From: the human T2T-CHM13v2.0 reference genome, Homo sapiens
Direction of reading: 5' to 3'
DNA length: 64,000 nucleotides
Assembly (NCBI GenBank): GCA_009914755.4
Contig: CP068257.2
Coordinates: 30,816,001-30,880,000 of the forward strand
The position numbers were made by a program, and so were the translations under genes. Below the pieces are notes generated by a model that was given only the letters and a program-made list of their open reading frames with translations, was not told the origin of the DNA and searched no databases. Shown piece by piece: positions 32,758-50,279 of the stretch; positions within the stretch are counted from its first letter, which is position 1, and each line of letters starts with the position of its first letter.

Positions 32758-33368
32758 TAATCTTGAAGGAGACTGACCCAAAGTCTTTTCTGAAAGATCT
32801 TACAGCAGGTGGGGTCCATCAGAATTTATGCCTCATCCGGCAGAAGAGAAACTGAAAGGAAGACATGAAAGTGACCATCACTGGTGACCAATGAACACCA
32901 GCAAAACAGCATTTTCACATGAGACAGGAGTGAGCTTTTCCCGAAGGGCTGGGCCTGAGGCCGCCAGGCTTCAGAATGTGCCCCCTGTCTGGGCATCCAC
33001 TGTGGTGCATAATTTCCCGCTGTGGTTTACATTTTCCGGGTGAGCTCCAGGGATTCTGCTATTTCCTTAATAAGAAGATGAGAAAAACCACACAATAGGC
33101 CTCAAAGGCTGGGCTAAGGCCACTCCGAGGCCAAGTGTGGGCAGGCCTGGACTTTTCAGCCAAAGATCGAGGTGCCAGAGGTTCCCACTGCCAAGACAGC
33201 GGCACTTAAGCAGCCAGCCTTATTATCTAAATAAACACAGGTTGGAAGGAGTAATTAACTTCAGTTTCACTGTTAAGTAATAGCCAAAAAGTAAAAATGT
33301 AAATGGTTGAATATCTTGTTATCACATGTATTGGGGGTGGAGGGCAGTTTGCCAGAAACAGAAGGTGC

Positions 33369-34080
<712 letters not shown>

Positions 34081-34422
34081 TTTTTTTTTTCTTCTTCTGT
34101 TAGCCTTAAGGAATATGGTCAGGCATATATCCTTAAAACTAAGAAAATATAGGTTTCCCAGGGTGCTCTCATAGAATTTTTGCAGCTGCATGCCTTGGTA
34201 AACTTTTTCTGGATAAGTTTGGCAGTATGTATTAAAAGCCTTGATGTTTGGAATACCCTTTAACAAAGCAACCTACTTCCAATAATTCCTATGGAAATAT
34301 CATACTTGTTTGCAAATGTTCAGCTGTAAGATTATTCTACATAGCACTGCTTATAATATTAAAAAATAGAAATCATCTGAATGTCTGACAAAAGAGTATT
34401 ATAAATAGGGTTGGATTCTTAC

Positions 34423-34548
34423 ACAGGAGGCTAAGGTGGGAGGATCACTTGAGCCCAGGAGTTGGAGGCTGTGGTGAGCAATAATCGTGCCACTACATTC
34501 CAGCCTGGTTGACAGAGCAAGGCCCTGTCTCTTAAAAAAAAAAAAAAG
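34423..34548 (+). mobile_element. Alu right-arm fragment (FRAM-like) with A-tail
   Basis: ggaggctaaggtgggaggatcacttgagcccaggagttggaggctgtggtgagc ... cattccagcctggttgacagagcaaggccctgtctc, then poly-A. Confidence 0.7.
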
Positions 34549-34671
34549 GTACCGAGTTGGTACATTCATAAAATGAAAGACAATACAACTCTTTAAAATA
34601 TTGCTTATTTAAAATGTTCACAAATATACTAGTAAATGGGAAAGTGTAGCATACAAAGTAGTATGTATGTG

Positions 34672-35257
<586 letters not shown>

Positions 35258-37082
35258 TTACACACAGAAAAGTGACTAGGAAGATATTCTTTAAAGGTTA
35301 ATAGCTTTTTTTCTTGATGGTGGGATTTACTAGGGCTTTTTCCCCCAGTTTTGGGCCTCTCTGTACTTCTAAAATGTGAACATGTATTTACTTTGTAACA
35401 GGAAAAAACGATACTACTTATGTTTGGAAACGTTAGACTTCTAAGATAAATTTCACAATTCAGACTATTTGTTCCCAATGCAGGTAGCTTATACAGAAAT
35501 CATATATTCCATTCTATGTTCTTTTGAAACTTAAGGTTTTTTCTACTTAGGGAGAGGAATTCAGTGAAGAAGGGGCTAGTTTTAGGCCACTTACATATAA
35601 GGATTGTGGTTTAGTAGAGAAGAAACAGAACCTTTTTTTTTTTTTTTTGACTGGTAAATGTGCTCAGCTCAAAACCCCAAATAAAACAAAGCTCTTAAAG
35701 ACAACAAAAATATCCTCAGTCAACCCCGTGCAGCCACAAGAAAAAAAAAAAAACTAGAAGAAAAGTTAAAGGATATGTCTTTACTCCTAGATAAACTTTT
35801 CATGACCTCTGGGACAAATTAAGTTATATTAAAAAAAGAGTTTATTAAAATATTCTGAAAAAAATGCCTCTAAGACTCTCACTGTTCAAAAACTGTCTTC
35901 TATTTAGACATAAATTTCATTCTCCTTTTAAAGAAAGATCATTCGATACTTTCATTTCAAAGCATTGTTAAGTCACAAAAGCTTGAAACGTACCTTAAAA
36001 TCGATAAGGGAGAATAAAACACCTTTTTTCAACCAGCCAAAAATACCATCTTGGTGATTCTCCTGCCAATCTTTTTTTATTTCCTATATGCAGATTTGGG
36101 GCCTGAATATTTAGTTCATACCACGCTGTACCATAGATGCTTGTTTTCACTTCAAGGGAGCAAAGAGAGCATGTAATTTAGACTCTAAATTGACGAAGTC
36201 CCAAAGGCCTTTTCCTAAAGTACCATTTCCTACCTGACGTTAGGTGCCCTGATGATGATAATGCTGATTCACATGCGAGGGCGCTGGCATTGTTCCCACT
36301 GCCCACACCACTGCCTTTTTAACAATCACATCATCCCAGGAGCCAGCTCCCAGGAGTTTCTTTGTCCGAGTGAGGAAACTGAGGCTTAGCAAGGTCACAC
36401 TTTTTGCCGCTGCTCTGTTCTGCTGCCCACAGCTGCCACAGATGGTCTTCCGGGACCTTAAACACAGATTTTTCACACAAGCTTAGAGACAGCTGAGGAG
36501 AACAGCAAATGTTTTTGTGGGCTTACCTTCTGCAGTTGCCTCGTACAGACCTCATAGAGATACAGTGAAAAAAGATATTCCTCATGCTACACAGGAGGGA
36601 AACTGAGTCTCAGTGAGTTTATCAGATACCAAGTGCTGGGCAAACAGTAGTGAGCTCACCCTCTTCACAGAAGAACTGAACCCCTTCACGGTTCTCCAAT
36701 GAGTAGAAGAGTTTCCCTGAGACATGAGCTTCCTGCCTTCCCCTACCTGCCCAGTCCCTGGGGTACCTCCTCGGAAGCCCAGGGCTCCCTGGAACATAAT
36801 TTGATGTTGGTGCTCTTGCAGAAGGAACTACCATTTAATATTTATTGAGTCGGACACTGTGTTAATCCATGAGACCCACATGCCTCGAACCCCAGCAGCT
36901 GTCAGCCCAATGGGAGATCCAGGCACAAACAATGAACACAGCACAGCAGAAGCATTGCCACTCTCCTCTGAAGGGTCCTGCTCCATTCAGCAGCCCTGTT
37001 CACGGAACTTCACCCTCTTGTGTTCTGGAACCACTGTCCTGCCCCCTTCAGGGTTTGGGGGTGGTCACATCCCAGTGTTATT

Positions 37083-37457
37083 CCCTTTTTTTTTTTTTTT
37101 TTTTTTGGAGACAGAGTCTTGTTGTTGCCCAGGCTGGAGTGCAATGGCACGATCATAGCTCACTGCAGCCTCAATCTTCCAACTCAAGCGATCCTCCTGT
37201 CTCAGCCACCCAAGTAGCTGGGACTACAGGCTGCAGCCTCAATCTTCCAACTCAAGCGATCCTCCTGTCTCAGCCACCCAAGTAGCTGGGACTACAGGCG
37301 CACACCATCATGCCCAGCTACTTTTAATTTTGTTTTCAGTAGAGACGAGGTCTAGTTTTGTTGCCCAGGCTGATCTTGAACTCCTGAGTTCAAGCAATCC
37401 TCTCACCTCAGCCTCCCAAAATGTTGGGATTACAGGGATGAGCCACCACGCCCGGCC
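37083..37457 (-). mobile_element. Alu SINE containing a 68 bp internal tandem duplication
   Basis: Antisense Alu; the segment ctgcagcctcaatcttccaactcaagcgatcctcctgtctcagccacccaagtagctgggactacagg appears twice in tandem (37163-37230 and 37231-37298). Confidence 0.9.
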
Positions 37458-38259
37458 CTCCCTGCCATTCCTACCCCTGGGGTTCTGCACCATCCTTTGG
37501 GTGTGCCATGTCCTCATCCCATTCCCACCTTTGCAAATGGTCTATTTATTAAGCCCTGATTTGAATGTGGGTGGCCTGTCTGGCGCCCGAATGTGCAGCA
37601 GTGACTATTCCTGCTATACTGGTTGAGCTAAACTTGCCCTTCACAAAGACAGACTTGACGTTTCTGGCATTTGGTATAGACAGGCACTTAAAACATTCTC
37701 TTAAAGCTCAATAGACTTCTTGACTTGCTGTGTTTACTCTTCATTCATGAAGACCCGCCAGAGTAGCTCCAGCAAGCCACTCCTTTAGACTGGAGTACTC
37801 CACTCCCAGGCAGTCAGGGGAAAGATGGATTTATTCCAAGCCCCTAGTGAGTGGCTGGGAAGAGCTGATCCAGGAACCAGACAGAAGGATGGCAGCTTCA
37901 CTGCTTCCTAATGCCCTTGGAGCATCCTTTCTCAGCATAGATTCGATCTCACAGATCAGGCACCCCTACAAAATAACACATTCTAAAGCCAGAGATGTGG
38001 GATGTTTGCATTATGTCATGTTCCAGGCTGTCCATTTCAGACCATGAATTCATTCATTAAGCACTTAATTGTTGAGTGCCTACTGTGTGCCCAGCACCTG
38101 ATTCTTTTTATCAGGCTTGTGGAATGGTACCTTAGCAAAATAAGTCCGAACCTTCATGGATATAAGACGAGATCAGGTGCATTCAGGGTGGTATGGCCGT
38201 AGACGTCCTTCATGAATATATTCAAATCAAGTGCTTTTATGATAATGTTCCTCACTGTT

Positions 38260-38261
<2 letters not shown>

Positions 38262-38298
<37 letters not shown>
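38262..38298. repeat. (TG)18 dinucleotide microsatellite (CA repeat)
   Basis: Uninterrupted tgtgtg.. run of about 37 nt. Confidence 0.95.
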
Positions 38299-38300
<2 letters not shown>

Positions 38301-38452
38301 TTAAATATATTTAAATTGTCCTTCCCTCAAGGGCATTGACTTTCCAATTTTTTAGTGGTTAGCCATAGATCATTCCTTTCAACTGGACCCCTTCACGGTT
38401 CTCCAATGAGTAGAAGAGTTTCCCTGAGACATGAGCTTCCTACTTTCCTCTA

Positions 38453-38884
<432 letters not shown>

Positions 38885-39486
38885 TCATGCAACTCACATG
38901 TGTCACCCGGGGTTCTGTCAACCTTTTAAGTTACCTGGGCTGTGAATTCCTCCCCTACTTAGAGACTCTTGCTTCTTTCTCTGGCCCCTTTTTCTCAGCA
39001 GATGTGTTGGTCTGTGATTTCTACCCTAATCTCTCTTCTGGACAGGCACCTTTGGCCTCCCTAAGACCCAGTGAGCTCCCTCGACTCACCCCCACCCACT
39101 GTGTGTGCTTCTGTCTGTCCGCCGAGCAGCCACGCCACTGGAGGAAGTTCCGGCCTCTGCCATCTCCATAGCCATTACGTCCCCACTCACCCACAGGGAG
39201 GGGCTGGCCTGTGCCAGACCACAGAAACTTCCTTGTTTGCCGATTTTTTTTTTTACTGCACAAGCATTGTTAATGTGTTCTCCCTTCCAAATCCTTCCAG
39301 AGCCCAACCCACACTCTCCCTTGGCCCATTCTAGAAGCGTCAAACATATTAGACGCATGCGTCTTCCTCTGTAGTTGACATTCTCCTCCCCTGACTGTCC
39401 ACCCTCTTGTTTTCCTCCAAGAGGGCCACGTCTTTCAGATGCTGCAACTGGTCTTGCACACCTGAAACTCACCTGATGTTGATCAC

Positions 39487-39762
<276 letters not shown>

Positions 39763-40410
39763 CTCCCTTTTTATTTTTTTCATTTTGTTTTTCTTCTTTC
39801 ATGGAGCCCATAGGTTTCTTCTCTCCTTAAGAACCTTCTCTCTCTAATCCCCTTGTCCTGGCTCCTCATGGGCCGGCTCCTCAAGCAGACTCAGAATCTA
39901 GATTCCTTAATTTCTTGTTCACCATGGCCCAGACTTGTCTTCTCTCTCTTGCCAAATTGTTTGAGTTCCTGATTCTCGCAATACCTTTTCCCACTCTTGT
40001 CTAAGTGGAGACATTATGTTTAAGGGCACAGTCTTTAATGTCAACTGGATTGAGGTTCTAGGGCACACACTACCACCAAACACTGAGACCTAAGTCAAGT
40101 TACATAGCCTTGCCAAGCCTTCTGCATTTGTCAGGGCAATTAATGTAACTGTTACAGCCACTCAGTGGCTTAACCCAGTAAAGGTTTATTTCTTGGTCAT
40201 ATCACAGTCCAGTGAGGCTTGGGTGGTTTTCCTAGGCAGCTCGCTTCCAGTGACCCAGGGATCCAGGCCTCTTCCACCTTGTAAGGTTTCGGCATAAACA
40301 GTCAAAGGACATCATCAGAGATATACTTTTAGAAGTTGGCTCTGGCAGCATTGTTTGAACCAATCGCCATGAGCAGACAAAGGAAGAAAGAGTGGATGCG
40401 GAGCTATTGA

Positions 40411-40727
<317 letters not shown>

Positions 40728-41469
40728 CTGTTGTTCTTGACTAACTTCTCCCTCTCTCTGTGTTCAAGTTTTTACCAGGTATTACTGCTTCCTCTATGCC
40801 CCTGTGAGGTATTTCTGACTCTAAATGCCCACCAATCTATATTTTTAAATTTCCTATAATGCTATTATTAGCTGATTCCTTGCTGCCAACATCTGTGGTC
40901 TCATTTAATCCTAAAATTTCTGGAAGAAACACTTTCTTGGAAAAAAGGCCTTAATAGTCCATTTTTACCTTTAAATTCTTTAATATATTTGACATACTCA
41001 AAATAATATGTGTAACACTTATGTAGGTTGTAAAAGGAGAATAATATAGTGCATTACACCCCACAGAACTAGAATCCTACAAATAACTTGGATCTACTTA
41101 TGTTTTTCTCCTCTGTCCTAGCCCTGTCCCTTTCAGTGGTAAATGCTATGTAGAGATTTGTATTTATACAAATATGTTACACATATACTTTTAAATAACT
41201 GTATTATTTAGTTTTTTGGCTAATAAAAATGGTGTTGAGGTATTGTAATATAATAAGAAATATATATTTTTGTCTTCATTTGGCTCCTGGCCAGAGATCC
41301 TAAAACCTTTGTAATTTCCTAAGTTATAAGTGCAATCAGAACATCTTTTGTTATAATATTTAGATTTTGTCCTGGGCTCCTGAAATAGCTCCAGAATGAT
41401 GAAGATGAAAGGAACGTCTTTTGTTATTCATTAAAATTAGCTCCTTTTAACCACACCTGAGTTTACGTA

Positions 41470-42330
41470 GATGAATGAATTTTGGAAAGCCCCTAATGAT
41501 GGGGGGCTGGTTGTCAAGGGAATGGATCATGTGACTAGAGGGCTGGAACTTAAACCTCACACCCACCCCCTATCTCCCCAAGCTGGAGAGAGAGGCTGGA
41601 GGTTGTTGGGTCCATCACCAATGGTCAATGACTTAATCAACCATGCCTATATCATGAGACCTCCATAAAAGCCCTCAACAATGGGGCTCAGAGACCTTTC
41701 AGCTCAAGGACTCCATGGAGATGCTCAGTGGGTAGAACCTTTAGGCCAGTGGCAGCGACTCACATCCCTGTATTTTGGGAGGCCAAGGCAGGTGGATCAC
41801 CTGAAGTCAGAAGTTCAAGACCAGCCTGGCCAACATGGTGAAAACCCATATCTACTAAAAATACAAAAAATTAGCTGGGCATGGTGGCAGGCGCCTGTAA
41901 TCCCAGCTACTCGGGAAGCTGAGACAGAGAATTGCTCGAATCCAGGAGGCAGAGGTTGCAATGAGCCAAAATCGCGCCATTGCCCTCCAGTCTGGGGGAC
42001 AGAGTGAGACTCCATCTCAAAAAAAAAAAAAAAGAGAGAGTAGAACCCCCAGCAAGGGCATGGGAGCTCCATGCCCCGTCCCCAAACCTTGCCGTGTGCA
42101 TCTCTAACATTCGGCTCCTCCTGAGTTGTGTCCTTTTATAATAACTAATAATCTTGTAAGTAAACTGTTTTCCTGAGTTCTGTAAGCCAGTCTTGCAAAT
42201 TCTGGAACCCAAGAAGAACCCCTGATTTATAGGTGGTCAGTCAGAGGCCCAGGCTTGCGATTGGCATCTGATGAGGGGCTGGGGGGTAGTCTTGTGGGAC
42301 TGGGCCCTTAGCCTGTGGTATCTGTACTAA
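41470..42330. mobile_element. Probable LTR-type interspersed repeat, unclassified, split by an Alu
   Basis: Non-coding sequence with an LTR-like ataaaag signal, continuous across the Alu insertion at 41744-42040. The Alu TSD gtagaacc joins the two halves. Confidence 0.3.
41744..42040 (+). mobile_element. Alu SINE with TSD gtagaacc
   Basis: Sense Alu with poly-A; flanks gggtagaacc and agtagaacc. Confidence 0.9.
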
Positions 42331-42394
42331 CTCCAGGTAGTCAGTGTAAGTTTTCAGCATAAACAATCAAAGGACATCATCAGAGATTAATTGC

Positions 42395-42545
42395 AAGAAA
42401 ATATTCTCAAACCTTATATCTGATAAGGGGTTAATATTCAAATATGCAAGGAACTTATACAACTCAACTGTAAAAAGCAAATAACTCAGTTAAAAAGAGG
42501 GCAAAGGACCTGAATAGACATTTCTCCAAGAAAGACATAAAAATT
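42395..42545 (+). mobile_element. L1 ORF2 3'-region fragment, sense orientation
   Basis: gaaaatattctcaaaccttatatctgataaggggttaatattcaaata..aaagagggcaaaggacctgaatagacatttctccaagaaagacataaaaa matches the L1 sense strand. Confidence 0.7.
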
Positions 42546-42549
42546 TAGA

Positions 42550-44160
<1,611 letters not shown>

Positions 44161-44164
44161 ATGG

Positions 44165-44403
44165 GATCTCGGCTCACCGCAACCTCTGCCTCCTGGGTTC
44201 AAGTGATTCTTCTGCCTCAGCCTCCTGAGTAACTGGGATTACAGGCGTGTGCCACCGCGCCTGGCTAATTTTTGTATTTTTTTAGTAGAGATGGGGTTTC
44301 ACCACATTGGCCAGGCTGGTCTTGAACTCCTGACCTCAGGCGATTCACCTGCCTTGGCCTTCCAAAGTGCTGGGATTACAGACATGAGCCACCATGCCCG
44401 GCC
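44165..44403 (-). mobile_element. Alu, partial, with no poly-T side; abuts the L1 at 44160
   Basis: Antisense Alu from gggatctcggctcaccgcaacctctgcctcc to gagccaccatgcccggcc. Confidence 0.8.
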
Positions 44404-44409
44404 TACCAC

Positions 44410-45060
44410 CTTGACCATTTCTAAGTGTACAGTTTGGTCGTGTTAAGTATATTCATATTGTTGTGCAACCAATCTCCAGAATTTTTTCATCTTGACAATC
44501 GCAACTCAAAACCCATAAAACAACTCCCCATTGCTCCCTCCCTTAGCTCCTGGCACCCACCATTCCACTTTCTGTCTCTGTGGATTTCACTACTCTAGGT
44601 CCATCATATAAGTGGAATCACACAGTATTTGTCTTTTTGTGACTGGCTTACTTCACTTAGCATAATGTCTTCAAGGTTCATCCAAGTTGTAGTATGTGTC
44701 AGTTCTTAGGAGTCGGACTTGGTCAGATGGGTGGTGGGGGATCTTAAGCAGGCAGGGAGTGATGAGATTAGAAAGACCACAGTGGAGGGCAAAGGGGAGA
44801 GAACCATTTGAAGGGGAGAAAATGGAAGGAAGGAGTCCAGTGAGTCCTTTTTAAGGCTGAATGATACTCCATCCTATGTATATACCACATTTTATTTATC
44901 CATTCATCCATCAAAGGACACTTGAGTTGCTTCCACCTCTTGGCTGTTGTGAATATGCCACTATGAACATGGATGTGAAGCCATGGTGTTTTTTTCCCTT
45001 GCTTCTGGTTCCATTTTAGTCTCCTTCTTGAATCTCACAGCTGTGGGTTCTCATGCACTC
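44410..45060 (-). mobile_element. L1 3' end, antisense, carrying a roughly 145 bp non-L1 insertion at 44703-44845
   Basis: tgtgcaaccaatctcc..ctggcacccaccattccactttctgtctctgtggatttcactactctaggtccatcatataagtggaatcacacagtatttgtc..ttcacttagcataatgtcttcaaggttcatccaagttgtagtatgtgtcag [insertion] cctttttaaggctgaatgatactccatcc.. Confidence 0.75.
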
Positions 45061-45707
45061 ATGTACCTCACTGCTAGTGAATCCTTCTCCTTTCCTCCTG
45101 GATAATCCACTTCAAGACTTTCTTCCCGTGAGCAGCTAGCTCCAATGCCTGCTAGCAAAGGCACCAGGAGTAGGCTCCAAGAGCCAAGGAGGAGCTTCAG
45201 AAGGGATGGAGGTTATAACCTTCCCTTTGTTCATTCGTCCCATAATTCTTTGAGCATTTACTGAGCATCAGGACCAGCATAAGTGCTGGGAGCAGGAGCT
45301 CCCTGTCTAGTCTGGATAGCGACAAATGAGCAAATAAGTAGAGCCATGAGGTGAGAGCAATACACAGAACAGGAGAGGCAGAGAGAAGGAAACCACTGAC
45401 TGCCGCCTGGGAGATGGTACAACTGAGAAGACAGGGGAGAAGGAAGTATTTCCTAGCAGGCAGAGGAGCATGTGCAAAGATAAAGAGATGTCAAGAGTCA
45501 CAGCCTGGCTTTCTGGGGCTGCAGTGAGACCTGCAGGCTGCGACACAGGCTGGGGTGGGAGAATAACGGCTGTGAAGGAGCTAGGAAGGTAGAAAAGGCA
45601 AGTCATATGGGGCCTTGTGCACAGTTCTGAGGAGTCGGACTTGGTCAGATGGGGGGTTGGGGATCTTAAGCAGGCAGGAAGTGATGAGATTAGAAGGGGC
45701 ACAGTGG

Positions 45708-46006
45708 GCCGGGCACGGTGGCTCACGCCTGTAATCCCAGCACTTTGGGCGGCCGAGGCGGGTGGATCACCGGGGGTCAGGAGTTCGAGACCAGCCTGGC
45801 CAACATGGTGAAACCCCGTCTCTACTAAAAATACAAAAATTAGCCGGGCATGGTGGCAGGCGCCTGTAAGCTACTTGGTCGGCTGGGGCAAGAGAATTGG
45901 TTGAACCTGGGAGGCAGAGATTGCAGTGAGCCAAGACTGCACCACTGCACTCCAGACTGGGTGACAGAGCGAGACTCTGTCAAAAAAAAAAAAAAAAAAA
46001 AAAAAA
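45708..46006 (+). mobile_element. Alu SINE with TSD gcacagtgg and a long poly-A
   Basis: Sense Alu; 9 bp direct repeats at 45699-45707 and 46007-46015. Confidence 0.9.
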
Positions 46007-48071
46007 GCACAGTGGAGGGCAAAGAGAGAACCATTTGAAGGGAAGAAAATGGAGGGAGGGAGTCCAGTTACTAGACTTGCTGCAAAACTGACAGGGCTGG
46101 AACTGAGGCTATGGCAGGAGAGTAGGAGGAGATGATAGGTGCAGACGTGTGGAGTCAAAGGTGGCTGGAAAGAGTAAAGACAATCATTGCACATGGCGGA
46201 GTGCCGGAGTGGCCAGCGCTGAAGGCAGAGATCCTGGCCTCGGCTCTCAGTGGTTTGGTAGTGGCAGGGATGGACTTGGGACTGAATGGAGTGTGCAGAA
46301 AGGAGAAGAGAGCCCAGACCCAGTGCATTTTGCAGGGCCCTGTGCAAAATGAAAATGCAAAGCCCCTTGTTCAAAAATATATCAGAATTTCCACCAGGCA
46401 CAGGAATGAGCTTACTCTGGGTGGGCAGGCCTGCAGAGGGCACCAGGATAGAGGAATCAGAGACCACCAGGGTGATGAGCACCAGGGAGCTGAGGTCAGT
46501 GAGAAATCCCTCAATAGGGGCATTTAGGCACCGGAAGTTCCAGAGATAGGGAAGGATTAGGATCACCCCTCATCTCTTGGATGGGATGGTGATAAGTCCA
46601 TGTGATCTCCTCAAAGGGATCAGTTTCGGGGTGTGTGTGGGACAGGGGCATATTGAGGAGGGGAGGATACAGGATGGGAGGAGAGATGCAGGGGAGGCAT
46701 AGAGATCCTTTCTAGAAGGCTGACTGAAGGAAAAGCATAAGTCTGGAGAGAGGTCCTGGGAACTGGGGAGAGCAGTTTTTGTTGTTAGAGGGTAGAGGAG
46801 TTTGTCATCTATAAGACGTGAGCAGACATGCACAGGACTTTGTGTGGCTGGGGTCCCTGCCCCTGTGCCTTCATACTCTCCCTGACCTATGCTTCTTCAC
46901 AGCACCAGCCCTTGGCCTCTCTGGGCATGAACCCCCCACAGGCATCTCCAGATTTGAGCCTTTTCTTCAAAATCTCGGCCCACCTCAAATGCAGGACAGT
47001 TTTCTTTTGTTTTTTTTTTTAATGACTTTATGATCGTGTCCTTCAAACTGCCTACTCCTAACAACTTCCCTCATCTCTCAGTAGCACCACTGTTTCCCCA
47101 GCCCTGCAGCTTAAGATCTGAAACCATCCTTGGTCGGTCCCTCACCCACCCTTTCATGGAGACTGGGGTAGTGGGGCTCAGAGATCAACCTGCAGGCCCC
47201 GCTCTTCTCTAGCTGTGTGAGGTTACTGAACCTCTCTGTGTCTGCTGTCTCAGCCACAAAATTGATGTGTGTGTGTGTGTGCATGCACAAGTGTGTGTAT
47301 TACAAACAGCCTATCTCATAAATAATTATCTGTATTTATTGGGCTCCTACAGTGGGCCAGGTGTGGGAACTAGATGATGACCAAAACAAACATAGTTTCT
47401 CACTATACAAGTGCTGAGAGCAGTGGCTGACATCATGCTACCTGTTATATTATAAGTGAATGGAACTTTGCAAAGTCTCTAAAATTCTCTCCTCTTCCAT
47501 TCCTTGCTCTTTAAGCCTGTAACTCCCCTCAATGTACATTCTTAAAATTGCTTCCAAACTGCTCTCCTTGCCTTTGGTTCCCGTTTCTCTCCCAGGGAAT
47601 CCTCTACACTGTCCCCTAAAGACAATAGTGTCAGGCATTTCTTTAGGCTTCCTGTTGCTTGCAGAGTAAAGTCTGAATTCTTTAGCTAAGCCTTTGAAAG
47701 TGTCTCTGTCTTGTTCCAGTTCACATTTCCTACTCATTCGCTGTGGTCGCCCCGCCTACTCCCGCCTTTCCAGCCTGTGGCCAGCCCCTGCAGGGGCTCC
47801 TAGCCCACTGCCTTAGTGTTCATGCTTTCTCTCTTGCCTGCCTCTACCCAATTTCTGCTCTTTCTTTCATGATCCAGCCCCTCTGCTCCCACGCACAGCG
47901 ATCTCTCCCGCCTCTGACCTAGCACCTCTTGTCTGCACCACGTCCTGCTGACAGTGATTCACTGTTTCCACTATCAGACACCAGCTCTCACATGTGTGTT
48001 TTGACTCTCTAGCTCTATTGCAAATCCTGTGAAAGGATGCTTTCATCTGGGTAAAAAGCAAGGTAGGCTTT

Positions 48072-48407
<336 letters not shown>

Positions 48408-48801
48408 ACTGTTTTTTTCTGATGGTACTTAGCACAGTGCCTCATCCACCATAGGTGTTCAACTGATATTTACTGATTTTAATGATGTTGTGCCAGGGCA
48501 CCGAAAAACAAATCTTCATGTCAATTAGTTTATTTCATTCATTCATTCATCAGATATTTACTTGCCTTCTACAGTGGGCGAGGTGTGAGAATTAGATGAT
48601 GAACAAAACAGAAATAGTCTCTCCTGGAGCTTATGTTCATGTAGAGGAGATTGATTCTCAAAATAAACAAACAAATAATATATTTCAAAGCATGGTAAAG
48701 GTCGTAAAAGAACCAAGAATCTTCATTCAATGTTCTTCATATTTTAACCAGTGCAAAATGAAAATGCAAAGCCCCTTGTTCAAAAATATATCAGAATTTT
48801 G

Positions 48802-49096
48802 ACCGGGTGCGGTGGCTCACACCTGTAATCCCAGCACTTTGGGAGGCCGAAGCAGGCAAATCACTGGAGGTCAGGAGTTTGAGACCAGCCTTGCCAACAT
48901 GGTGAAACCCCATCTCTACTAAAAATACAAAAATTAGCTGGGCATAGTGGCATGCGCCTGTAGTCCCAGCTACTGGGGAGGCTGAGGCAGGAGAATTGCT
49001 TGAAGCAGGGAGGCAGAGGTTGCAGTGACTGAGATCGTGCCATTGCACTCCAGCCTGGGCGACAGAACAAGAATCAGTTTCAAAAAAAAAAAAAAA
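48802..49096 (+). mobile_element. Alu SINE
   Basis: Sense Alu with poly-A. Confidence 0.9.
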
Positions 49097-49326
49097 TTCA
49101 AGATGGCGCCAGCAGAGCATTAAAACCAGCTCTGGGACTTCTAGGACAGGATCATGATGCTGGCTCTGCCCATCTTGGGTGCTTTAATGAGACAGAAAAT
49201 AAGCAGAGAAACTCTCCATTTGATTTGAATCCAGCTCAGCATATTTATTTACAGAGAATGCTGTAGGCTATGTGGTGGCCCTGTGTGGGATGCAACCTGA
49301 AGTTCTGGGTGTTTCCTGCCTTTCAG

Positions 49327-49470
49327 ATTGCTTGTCTTACTCAGCTTTGCAAGTCCTATCCCGAAGGTGCTATGGGAAGCAGAGATGCAAAATCATCGTC
49401 AACAATCACCATTTTGGAAGCCCCTGTTTGCCAGGCGTGAAAAAATACCTCACTGTGACCTACGCATGTG
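49327..49470 (+). CDS. EVA1C: Coding exon (D)CLSYSALQVLSRRCYGKQRCKIIVNNHHFGSPCLPGVKKYLTVTYAC(V), the C-part of the second SUEL/Gal-lectin domain. Presumed EVA1C exon 5
   Basis: Acceptor cctgcctttcag| at 49321-49326 and donor tgtg|gtaagaac at 49471. The frame continues from 21832 (g+at=D) into 55717 (g+tt=V). Carries the lectin C-terminal motifs FG.PC.G..KYL.V.Y.C. Confidence 0.8.
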
Positions 49471-50279
49471 GTAAGAACACACCCCCGACCAGCTGCCTGA
49501 TGACACTGCCTCTTTTGGGGGAGGGTGGTGACCATGTGAACGGCAGGAGTTTGCCCAGAACAAGCCAAACACTGCTCCTCCTGAAGCTGTTTGGTCATCC
49601 CAGATACCCGAGAGCCCTTTTTTTCTTTCTTATTCTTGTTTATGATATTCATGTCAGATAAGCAATAGAATTTTCTTTGGTCAAAATTTGTGTAAAAGCA
49701 CCTTTAGCAATCAGATTGGCAGCCAATGGGGAGGGTGGAGAAGGAACAACCAAATAGGGGTAAACTGATGTCACTGAGACCAGTGATTTTCATCTGGGAA
49801 AATTTATTGGGATGTCATGCGAGTTCACAGTCGAATTATGTGTCTCCTATTTAACCTTCCAGTTCTGCTTTTAGGCCCTAAATGACTAACTCTCTGTACT
49901 GCCAACAGCTATTTTATCTACATGCCCACAGTGTTGAGTCAACAGATCAAATGCTTACCCTAAAACAATAAAAATTGTTACACGACAGCATTACTTTGTT
50001 TTCCTGATGTCTTTAAATGATAAAATGAAATGCCTTCTTCGTTTAGATTCTAATTTCATAAAGCCACGTAAAAGCAAATCAGCAGTTTATTATTTTCTGA
50101 GGATACTGTGGATTTCCAGTGTGTAATCCTAATGTGTTGACTGCCTTCTTTTTGTTGGAAATGAGCATAAAAGCAAATGGAAAGCAAAGAGCATTATAAT
50201 TGAAGAACCTGATACCTATTCTCTTGGAAATCGCTTTTTCCCCTGCCAAACATTCCTAGCCATTTTATGTCTGCAACAG

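Noticed and set aside
45871-46566. 231 aa ORF on the minus strand, the longest non-repeat ORF in the window
   Set aside because: It starts inside an Alu poly-A/T tail. It has no recognisable domain and no splice or promoter context, and composition is ordinary intronic. Most likely a chance ORF.
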